Source of the DNA: Candidatus Nitrospira inopinata
GTDB lineage: Bacteria > Nitrospirota > Nitrospiria > Nitrospirales > Nitrospiraceae
DNA: 32,000 bases
Direction of reading: 5' to 3'
Assembly: GCF_001458695.1 (NCBI RefSeq)
Contig: NZ_LN885086.1
Coordinates: 3,210,001 to 3,242,000 of the forward strand
Shown: positions 8,342 through 14,875 of the stretch, one piece after another
Numbering within the stretch: position 1 is the stretch's first letter
Layout: each line of letters starts with the position of its first letter
Translations under genes and position numbers: made by a program
The notes under the pieces: model-generated
Told to the model about the DNA's origin: nothing
Database searches by the model: none
Seen by the model: the letters and a program-made list of their open reading frames with translations, nothing else

Positions 8342-8490
8342 AAGCAAAATGCTAGCAGGCCGACGGAAGGGAAGCAACCGTCAATTCGACAAGCCCACGT
8401 ACCATTGTCGCTTGATCGCCTTGATGTCCGCTTCGATCGCTTCCAGTTATCTCGGCGGATGATCCGCGTCATGCAAGGACGCGCAGCCCA

Positions 8491-9222
8491 TCAATTCGGC
8501 GCGATTTCATAGACCAGCGTCACGCTTGCCTCGACCTGGATCTCGCCCGGCGAGACGGGCGCCGTGCCACCGTCCACCTCCATCGCCGCCATGGTCCGAG
8601 CCAGACGGGGCATCGGCTGCACCAGACGGCCCTCTTCGTTGACAGAGATGATCCGCGCGAGCCTCACCCCCAACGTCTCGCTCAACGCCTGGGCTTTGTT
8701 GCGGGCCGAGGCCGCCGCCTGTTTCAACGCCTCCACCTGGGCGAGCCGTTCGTCCACCAGCCCCCACTGTAACCCATGAAACTGATTGACGCCGGCCGCC
8801 AGGACTCCTTCGATCACCGCTCCCATCTGCTCCGGCTTGCGGACGTCCACCGTGACCGTGTTGCCGACCACGTATCCGATGATCTCCGGAGGTAACGGCG
8901 TCGCGCCGCTGGAACGTGGGGGCGACGGCCTATATTGCGGCGTGATGGTGAAGGACGAGGTTTGAATGTGCTCCGGCGCGATATCGAGCGACCGGAGCCG
9001 TTCCATCACCTTGGCCATCACGGCGTGGTTGCGCCGTTGCGCGTCGGCGAGCGAGCGCCCGGCGGTTTCCATGCCGAACGTGGCGATGACATGGTCCGGC
9101 GGGCATACAACGCGGCCGGTCGCCGAGACCGTGATCGTTGACGTTTCCGGCCCCGCGCCGTCACGCGCATGGGCCACGGCCGGCCACACCACCACCAACA
9201 GCATCCACAAAGCCACCGTCAT
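8491..9222 (-). CDS. SIMPL/DUF541 family secreted protein
   Basis: Signal peptide MTVALWMLLVVVWPAVAHA, then ITVSATGRV..PPD....F......G....A.......V...L......I.T..F...P.Y pattern, and a C-terminal ...NKAQALSETLGVRLARIISVNE. The start at 9222 is preferred (GGAGGA 6 nt upstream). ATG 9240 is an alternative. Confidence 0.85.
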   Translation of the reverse strand: MTVALWMLLVVVWPAVAHARDGAGPETSTITVSATGRVVCPPDHVIATFGMETAGRSLADAQRRNHAVMAKVMERLRSLDIAPEHIQTSSFTITPQYRPSPPRSSGATPLPPEIIGYVVGNTVTVDVRKPEQMGAVIEGVLAAGVNQFHGLQWGLVDERLAQVEALKQAAASARNKAQALSETLGVRLARIISVNEEGRLVQPMPRLARTMAAMEVDGGTAPVSPGEIQVEASVTLVYEIAPN

Positions 9223-9374
9223 CGGGGTTCCTCCTTTCATCGGCGATCCTTTCTTCCCCGGCCTCTTTTTTTGACGGACCGACCGGCAAAATGGAAAGGG
9301 AGACTTCCCTCTTGCCCTCTTGACGAAATCGCGCGACTGAGGCATTGTCCGGCAGCACGCCGAGGAGCAGATCC

Positions 9375-9932
9375 ATGGCCATGACGTCCATTGTGCTTCC
9401 GCTGGGGACGCCGGCTCCGCCGTTCGAGCTGCGCGACGTGGTGAGCGGCAAGGTCTATACGCTCGAATCCTTCGCCGACAAAGTCGCCTTGCTCGTCATG
9501 TTCATCTGTCGCCACTGCCCCTACGTCGTTCATGTACGGCAGGAACTGGCTAAGCTCGGCGCCGAGTATCGGGACACTGCCCTGGGCATCATCGCCATCA
9601 GCAGCAACGACCCCGTCACCTACCCGGACGACGCGCCGCCCAAGTTGAAAGAAATGGCCGAGCAGCTCGGTTTTTCCTTTCCCTTCTGCTTCGACGAAAC
9701 CCAGGAGGTCGCCAAGGCCTACCGCGCCGTCTGCACGCCGGAACTTTTCCTTTTTGATCGCAACCGGCGGCTGGTGTATCACGGGCAATTGGACGACAGT
9801 CGCCCCGGCAACACCAAGCCGGTCACCGGCCGCGATTTACGCGCGGCGATCGATGCAGTCCTTGCCGGCAGACCCGTCAACCAGGTCCAGCACCCCAGCA
9901 TGGGATGCAGCATCAAGTGGAAACAAGGGTGA
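9375..9932 (+). CDS. Thioredoxin-fold thiol-disulfide oxidoreductase (redoxin/AhpC-TSA-like)
   Basis: CxxC centre in MFICRHCPYV, then AISSND.....DD....M pattern and a conserved C-terminal GCSIKW. ATG 9375 lies 8 nt after GAGGAG. Confidence 0.85.
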   Translation: MAMTSIVLPLGTPAPPFELRDVVSGKVYTLESFADKVALLVMFICRHCPYVVHVRQELAKLGAEYRDTALGIIAISSNDPVTYPDDAPPKLKEMAEQLGFSFPFCFDETQEVAKAYRAVCTPELFLFDRNRRLVYHGQLDDSRPGNTKPVTGRDLRAAIDAVLAGRPVNQVQHPSMGCSIKWKQG

Positions 9933-10050
9933 CCCCTCCTTCACGACGGGACCCGCGCCTTCCCTTTCACGCCTGAACAGTGGCGGCGACCGTTGAAATT
10001 CCTCTGAAATTTCCGGCACAGGCCGATCCGACCCTCTCATCCCCATCTTC

Positions 10051-10059
10051 TGTGGATAA
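10051..10059 (-). promoter_or_regulatory. Perfect DnaA box (TTATCCACA, reverse orientation)
   Basis: tgtggataa is read directly. With two flanking bases it forms an 11-nt exact inverted repeat (10049-10059) with 10279-10289. Confidence 0.6.
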
Positions 10060-10062
10060 CCT

Positions 10063-10071
10063 TGTGGGTAA
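10063..10071 (-). promoter_or_regulatory. DnaA-box-like 9-mer, 1 mismatch (TTACCCACA)
   Basis: tgtgggtaa lies 3 nt from the perfect box. Confidence 0.4.
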
Positions 10072-10225
10072 GCGCCGGATCAAAACCTGAATCGCTCGAA
10101 TTCTGCTGTCATCCCTGCAAGATGCCTATTTTTTAGGCATCCGCTTACCAAGCCAGAAACCACTATATCTTGTGGCTCTACGGGGAATCGTAAATTTTTT
10201 TGTACATTCCTAGAAAAATAGGCTT

Positions 10226-10304
10226 GACATTTTTCTGGCTCGGACCGAACGAACGCCGCCGCTTTGATTGAAACGTTTTTATCCACAGACTGGACATTTT
10301 TCTG
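10226..10304 (+). repeat. Two exact copies of the 12-mer gacatttttctg (10226-10237 and 10293-10304)
   Basis: Read directly. The copies are 67 bp apart, inside the AT-rich core of the spacer (10189-10237 is about 27% GC by hand count). Confidence 0.8.
10279..10287 (+). promoter_or_regulatory. Perfect DnaA box (TTATCCACA)
   Basis: ttatccaca is read directly. Confidence 0.6.
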
Positions 10305-10311
10305 TGGATGG
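10303..10311 (-). promoter_or_regulatory. DnaA-box-like 9-mer, 2 mismatches (CCATCCACA)
   Basis: tgtggatgg. It shares the extended core tctgtggat with the box at 10049-10059. Confidence 0.3.
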
Positions 10312-10447
10312 TCGTCCCTGTTCTTATGGCCCTAGTCGGGCGTTTCTCATTGTCGCTTAAAGGAGGGAAGTTCGGATTGACCGGGGTCGGGGGACGATTT
10401 CCGAAAGCTCCATCCATTGCTGGAACACCCCTCTCATCCCGGTGGGG

Positions 10448-10624
10448 TCATTTTTTCCGGTACACGTTCAGCCCGACCTTCTCTTGGCGATTTGGAACGG
10501 CCACGTTGCCTTCCGTGGAGGCGATGATGATCGTTTTACCCGAAGCCGAAGGGCCGAACTCCTTGGAGAGATCCACCTTGATCGTCAGGATGGTTCCCTC
10601 CACCGTCATTTCAACGTTCTTCAT
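10448..10624 (-). CDS. Small conserved-looking hypothetical protein, 58 aa (below the ORF-track cutoff)
   Basis: ATG 10624 is preceded by AAAGGAG with a 7-nt spacer, and TGA is at 10450-10448. Hand translation: MKNVEMTVEGTILTIKVDLSKEFGPSASGKTIIIASTEGNVAVPNRQEKVGLNVYRKK. The composition is protein-like with beta-strand periodicity. It is co-directional with the upstream gene. Confidence 0.6.
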   Translation of the reverse strand: MKNVEMTVEGTILTIKVDLSKEFGPSASGKTIIIASTEGNVAVPNRQEKVGLNVYRKK

Positions 10625-10685
10625 GGCCGGCTCCTTTCATAAGCGCGCCTCATAACCACACCGGGGCTCGTTCCCCATCAACACC

Positions 10686-11093
10686 TCAATACCCCCTTCC
10701 CGTGCTGCCGCCGCGCCCCATCCGATCCAGCGGGAGCGCCTCGTATCGTTGTTTCAAGTCAGGATGCGCATCGAGAAACTCCTTCACCGCCGCCTCATCG
10801 GCGAAAATCTCTCTGCTGCGCTCCCGATACTCTTGGACGGTCATGCCGTGCTTCGACAGCAACGCGCCGAGCTTGGCGCTGATGTCCTCGCCCATGGCCC
10901 TCATCTGCTCTGGCGACGGCCGTTGCCCCTCGCCGAACCGTTCGCCGCCCTGAAAATAATTCATCATCATCTCGCCGATCTCGATTCGCGCCTTGACGAA
11001 TTTTTCGACCTCCGCCGGCTCCGCCGCGACACAGAGTGAAGCAACCACTGCCAGGCTCAACGAAACCCCGATCATCCAACGCGCTTTCTTCAT
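10686..11093 (-). CDS. Secreted helical hypothetical protein (possibly DUF4168-like)
   Basis: Start ATG 11093 (MKKARWMIGVSLSLAVVASLCVAAEP is a signal peptide). The family call rests on memory of a pattern only. Confidence 0.7.
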   Translation of the reverse strand: MKKARWMIGVSLSLAVVASLCVAAEPAEVEKFVKARIEIGEMMMNYFQGGERFGEGQRPSPEQMRAMGEDISAKLGALLSKHGMTVQEYRERSREIFADEAAVKEFLDAHPDLKQRYEALPLDRMGRGGSTGRGY

Positions 11094-11198
11094 GGCTCTT
11101 ATCCTTTCATCAATATCGGTCATCAATACCGGTCCATGGTTCCCTGACTTCCGACCAATCCGCGCCTTCAATTCATACATTTCCCCAGCCGACCCGAT

Positions 11199-11819
11199 CT
11201 ATTCCACCGATCGCCCTTCCAAAAACACGGCCTGTTCCAGCGCGCGGAAAAACCGTTGATAGGGCGCCGGATCCTCGACGGCCCGCAGGTAGAACTGCGC
11301 GCCGGCGCGGACCACCAGTTGCGACGCATTCCGCTCGCGGACGGTGACGGTCAATCGCACGAGATTGTTCCGGTGATAAAACGGTCCCCAGGTTCTGGCG
11401 TTGCGGTTGAGCACGAGCAACGTGTCGGGGCGATACAACAGGTAACCGAGATCGACGCCGTAGATGCGCTCGTTCTCGACGTATTTTTTCCCCGAGACGA
11501 TGCCCAGCTCTTCATCCAGGACTTCCACCATGAAGTCCAAGTCCTGCATGGTGGCGATGATCGCCGCCAGCATCCGTTGCCGGTCCGTGGTGTCGAAGAC
11601 CCGCGATTGCGCGGCCCTGATCTTGACCTGACTGTCGTCCGAAAGCCAAATTTGGGCGCGGGCGTCCCACTGGTTGTCATGCCGCAGTTCGTACGGAGTC
11701 GGGCACCCCTGCAAGAGCAGGCAGAACACGACGCCGGAGACCGCGCCAAGCCATCCGAAAAGCCCCTTTTTGAAAACCCTTTTTCCGGCGAACGGCGAGT
11801 CGTTATGCCAGGAGTCCAT
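11199..11819 (-). CDS. Lipoprotein, paralog 1 of an uncharacterised three-member family
   Basis: Lipobox LLQGC. It shares with the next two genes the motifs Q(S/T)R.F(D/E)..D, LQDL(D/G)F.(I/V)E......G and a C-terminal DP..YQ.FF..L. ATG 11819 (GGAG 5 nt upstream) is preferred over GTG 11825. Confidence 0.75.
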   Translation of the reverse strand: MDSWHNDSPFAGKRVFKKGLFGWLGAVSGVVFCLLLQGCPTPYELRHDNQWDARAQIWLSDDSQVKIRAAQSRVFDTTDRQRMLAAIIATMQDLDFMVEVLDEELGIVSGKKYVENERIYGVDLGYLLYRPDTLLVLNRNARTWGPFYHRNNLVRLTVTVRERNASQLVVRAGAQFYLRAVEDPAPYQRFFRALEQAVFLEGRSVE

Positions 11820-11838
11820 CGTCACTCCATCGGCTGGA

Positions 11839-12285
11839 TCATTCCTTGATGATGAACAGTGACCGTTCGAGCGTCGCGAAGAAATTCTGATAGACCTTGG
11901 GATCTTCGATCGGCTTGTTGTTATAGATGGCGTTGGCCCTGATCATCATTTTGCCTTCGGCTTCCGGGCGCACGGTGACCGTGACCCCCACGACGTCGTA
12001 GAAATTCGGCTCGGCGAAACGGGCCGCCGTCACCAACCCCAACGACTCATTGGCCCGCTCGATGATGAACCCCAGGTCTTGCAGAGCGGCGATCACGCCC
12101 CGCATGGCGACTTGCCGATCCGCCACGTCGAAGGACCGGGATTGCACGCTCCGAATTTTCATCTGCGCCTCGGTCGGCGCGAGCAAATCCTGAGTGGGTT
12201 GCGGCGCGGCGCAGCCCTGCGCGATGACAAGCGCGGCGACGAGCAAGCTCCCCTCGATCACTCCCCGGACAATTCGCTGCTTCAT
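11839..12285 (-). CDS. Lipoprotein, paralog 2
   Basis: MKQRIV..., lipobox IAQGC, then SVQSRSFDVADRQVAMRGVIAALQDLGFIIE......GLV and EDPKVYQNFFATLERSLF. Confidence 0.75.
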   Translation of the reverse strand: MKQRIVRGVIEGSLLVAALVIAQGCAAPQPTQDLLAPTEAQMKIRSVQSRSFDVADRQVAMRGVIAALQDLGFIIERANESLGLVTAARFAEPNFYDVVGVTVTVRPEAEGKMMIRANAIYNNKPIEDPKVYQNFFATLERSLFIIKE

Positions 12286-12298
12286 CACGACCTCACCA

Positions 12299-12898
12299 TT
12301 AAAGGGCAAAGGGCTCCAGAAAGACGGCTTTCGACAATTTGGCGAAAAACGTCTGGTAAAGGACAGGGTCCCGCACCATTTCCATCCGTTGCTCTCCCGG
12401 CGGAATCGGCTGCTGGCCGGCCGAGCCGTCCCCTTTCCAGATGACCCGGTAAAACATGACCCGAACTTCGTGGCGGGTCCTCTCCGGATTCAACGGCCTC
12501 GTAATCAACGTCGCGGCGATTTTTTGATGGAGATCGACGGGAATGACGATCGGAGGTTGCTGCACCAACACCAGCGCGGAGCTGAACAGAAAAATAAAAA
12601 AGCGGCTGATGTCCTGGCCGTGCTCCCGCGCGCTCCGTTCCTTCGTCGCCCGCAGAAACCCCACCTCCCGCGCGCTTTCCTCGATTTGGAATCCCAGGTC
12701 TTGCAACACGGCCGCCGAGGCGGACAGGAGTTCCGTCTCGTCTTTGGTCTCGAAGAGACGGGTCTGCATGGCCCTGTGGGCAGGGCTCTCCGCAGTCAAT
12801 TGAAAGAATTCGGCGGGTTGCGTCTGAGGGACGCAACCCATCAGGTGGCCGGCCAGGACCGCCCCCCCGACCATTGTTTCCCATCGCCCCTTCGTCAT
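12299..12898 (-). CDS. Lipoprotein, paralog 3 (with an internal insertion)
   Basis: Lipobox LMGC, then MQTRLFETKDETELLSASAAVLQDLGFQIE......GFL and RDPVLYQTFFAKLSKAVF. Confidence 0.75.
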   Translation of the reverse strand: MTKGRWETMVGGAVLAGHLMGCVPQTQPAEFFQLTAESPAHRAMQTRLFETKDETELLSASAAVLQDLGFQIEESAREVGFLRATKERSAREHGQDISRFFIFLFSSALVLVQQPPIVIPVDLHQKIAATLITRPLNPERTRHEVRVMFYRVIWKGDGSAGQQPIPPGEQRMEMVRDPVLYQTFFAKLSKAVFLEPFAL

Positions 12899-12910
12899 GA
12901 GCCGGTCCGC

Positions 12911-13300
12911 CTAGAACTGCGTATAATTGTAGGCGAAGTCGCGCACCTTTTTGTCTTCGTCATATTTGATGATGATGGTGAGGGTCCGCTGCCGCTGGGA
13001 GCTGGAGCTGTCGCGCGCGCTGGTTCCGAGAATAATGAGGCCCGCGAAGGACGACCTGGCCGTGTCAACCCGGTCGGTGGAAACCTTGTCGTAGATCCAC
13101 ACCTCCCGGCGCTTCTCATCGGTCGTCACGATGTTGGGGCTTCCCAGCAATTCCGCGACTTGCGAAGCCGGCATGCCGACCTTGATCTCCCCCTGCACTT
13201 TGCCGACGGTCAACCGGTCTTCTTTGATCTCCGCCGTACCGCCCCCGCAGCCGGCCGCCATCGCCACACACACACCCAGCGCCACCCATAGCCTTTTCAT
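12911..13300 (-). CDS. BamE/SmpA-OmlA-like small lipoprotein
   Basis: Lipobox MAAGC. IKVGMPASQVAELLGSPN...EVWIYD...RTLTIIIKYDEDKKV resembles the BamE fold signature (..GMT..QV...LG.P......W.Y). RBS GGAGGG lies 7 nt upstream of ATG 13300. Confidence 0.65.
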   Translation of the reverse strand: MKRLWVALGVCVAMAAGCGGGTAEIKEDRLTVGKVQGEIKVGMPASQVAELLGSPNIVTTDEKRREVWIYDKVSTDRVDTARSSFAGLIILGTSARDSSSSQRQRTLTIIIKYDEDKKVRDFAYNYTQF

Positions 13301-13417
13301 CGAACGTCCCTCCTCGCGTTGTGCGTCACGGTCTCCGCCGGATGGCCGGCTCCGCTTTTTTACGGGGAAGCTTACACGTTCCGGACGGAGAAATCACCCG
13401 ATCGGTTCCGCGTTTCT

Positions 13418-14875
13418 TCAGGCAGGCTCTTCGTCGTCCTCGTGATGGTCGCCGTACGGAGAAGGGATCCCATAACGTTTGCATTTCTCCCAGAGCGCCT
13501 TGCGCGACAGACCTAGCACCTTGGACGCCGTCGTCCGGCTTCCCTCGACCCGCTCCAAAACGGAGACGATGTATTCCTTTTCAAATTGCTCGCGCGCCGC
13601 CGCGAGCGGCATCAACGGTCTGTGGGCGGCTTGCTTGCCACCGGTCAATCCTTCGTTGCAAAAGCCGCACGACTCTTGCGGGGGGCCGCCAAGATAGGGA
13701 CAGGACTGAAAGCCGCAGAGATCGGTCGGCTCAATCACCTGGCGCTCATGGCCTAAGGCCACCGCCCGCTCGACGATGTTTTCCAGCTCGCGCACGTTTC
13801 CCGGATAGGAATATCGCAGCAACAGCTCGCGGGCTGCCGGCGAGAACCCCTTGAGCTTTTTGTTCAGTTTGGCGGCGCAGGTTTCGATGACGTGCTCCGC
13901 AATGAGCATGATGTCTTCCCGCCGTTCCCGGAGCGGCGGAATCACGATTTGCACCACGTTCAGCCGATAAAACAGATCGTCGCGAAACCGACCCTGGGCG
14001 ACCTCTTTGCGAAGATCCTTTTGGGTGGCGCACACCAATCGGACGTCGGCGTCGATGGTGTCGTTACCTCCGACCCGCTCGAACTTCCTCTCCTGAAGCA
14101 CTCGCAGCAACTTCACCTGGACCACCGGCGACAGTTCCCCGATTTCATCCAGGAACAACGTCCCCCGATGGGCCAATTCAAATCGCCCTCGTCGCTGGCG
14201 GAGGGCGCCGGTGAAGGCGCCTTTCTCGTGGCCGAACAGCTCGGCCTCCAGCAACGTTTCCGGCAGGGCGGCGCAACTCACCTTGATCAACGGGCCGTCC
14301 CGCCGCGGACTGTTCTGATGCACCGCATTGGCGACCAGTTCCTTCCCCGTTCCGCTTTCGCCCAGAATCAATACCGTCGAATCGGTCGCCGCGACCAGCT
14401 TGATCTTTTCCAAGACCGCCCGCATCCGGCTGTTGGCTCCCAGAATGCCGCCGAAGCTGAACTTGTTCTCCAACGTCGCCTTGAGGTCCTCGTTTTCTCG
14501 CCGCAGCATCACGACGCGCGCGATCCGCTCGATGATCAACAACAGTTCGTCCATCTGGAACGGTTTGGTGACGTAGTCCGCCGCTCCCAGTTTCATCGCC
14601 CCCACCGCCGTTTCCACGGAACCGTGCGCGGTGATGACCACCACCTCCGTTTCAGAACTCCGATCCTTGGCCGCTTTCAGGACGGTCAGCCCGTCGCAGC
14701 CGGGCAGCCGGAGATCGGTGATCACCACGTCGAACCGTCTCTGCCCGACGGCCTCGACACCCTCCATCCCGGACGAAGCCGTCTGCACATCGTATCCGAC
14801 GGCCTCCAGCGCATCCACCATCGAGAGCCGAATCAACGGCTCATCGTCCACCAGCAGGATCGAGAGTCCTTTCAC
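13418..14875 (-). CDS. Sigma-54-dependent response regulator (NtrC family: REC + AAA+ + Fis-type HTH)
   Basis: REC domain (ILLVDDE...D...DLRLPG...K). AAA+ domain with GESGTGKE, GAFTGA and FLDEIGEL. C-terminal HTH (AS.VLGLSRKALWEKCKRYGI). The preferred start is GTG 14875, which overlaps the kinase stop as GTGA. The ORF-track start at 14920 would overlap the kinase by 49 nt. Confidence 0.92.
   Translation of the reverse strand: MKGLSILLVDDEPLIRLSMVDALEAVGYDVQTASSGMEGVEAVGQRRFDVVITDLRLPGCDGLTVLKAAKDRSSETEVVVITAHGSVETAVGAMKLGAADYVTKPFQMDELLLIIERIARVVMLRRENEDLKATLENKFSFGGILGANSRMRAVLEKIKLVAATDSTVLILGESGTGKELVANAVHQNSPRRDGPLIKVSCAALPETLLEAELFGHEKGAFTGALRQRRGRFELAHRGTLFLDEIGELSPVVQVKLLRVLQERKFERVGGNDTIDADVRLVCATQKDLRKEVAQGRFRDDLFYRLNVVQIVIPPLRERREDIMLIAEHVIETCAAKLNKKLKGFSPAARELLLRYSYPGNVRELENIVERAVALGHERQVIEPTDLCGFQSCPYLGGPPQESCGFCNEGLTGGKQAAHRPLMPLAAAREQFEKEYIVSVLERVEGSRTTASKVLGLSRKALWEKCKRYGIPSPYGDHHEDDEEPA

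Larger units (their letters stand above)
10032..10440 (+). repeat. Exact 12-nt direct repeat ccctctcatccc (10032-10043 and 10429-10440) bracketing the DnaA-box/AT-rich segment
   Basis: Read directly. The copies are 397 bp apart. Confidence 0.8.

Noticed and set aside
10121-10141. Hairpin gatgccta-ttttt-taggcatc as an intrinsic terminator for the thioredoxin-like gene.
   Set aside because: The T-run is in the loop rather than trailing the stem on either strand, and the hairpin lies about 190 nt past the stop codon. It is kept only as a structural detail of the DnaA-box spacer.
10350-10420. ggagggaagttcgg and ggggtcgggggacgatttccg, reminiscent of the RNase P RNA CR-I motif (GAGGAAAGUCCGG) or a tmRNA 5' end.
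   Set aside because: Only short partial matches with mismatches. None of the other universally conserved RNase P or tmRNA elements (for example a 3' TpsiC-arm/CCA-like end) are present. The downstream sequence is the 58-aa coding region.
10308-10655. 115-aa plus-strand ORF, with a strong SD-like AAGGAGGG ahead of an internal TTG (about 10376).
   Set aside because: The translation (…LTGVGGRFPKAPSIAGTPLSSRWGHFF…) has no protein-like character and overlaps the better-supported minus-strand 58-aa ORF. The SD-like motif is probably fortuitous or part of a non-coding element.
13263-13276. (CA)n microsatellite (cacacacacac) in the signal-peptide coding region of the BamE-like lipoprotein.
   Set aside because: Only about 5 units, and it encodes ordinary signal-peptide residues. 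That is too short to argue for slipped-strand phase variation.
13301-13417. Possible sigma-54 (-24/-12) promoter upstream of the lipoprotein genes: cGGaacgtgtaaGCttc on the minus strand.
   Set aside because: The GG-to-GC spacing is one nucleotide shorter than the strict TGGCAC-N5-TTGC geometry, and the flanking bases match poorly. I found no convincing sigma-54 or sigma-70 promoter here, so regulation by the adjacent activator remains unproven.
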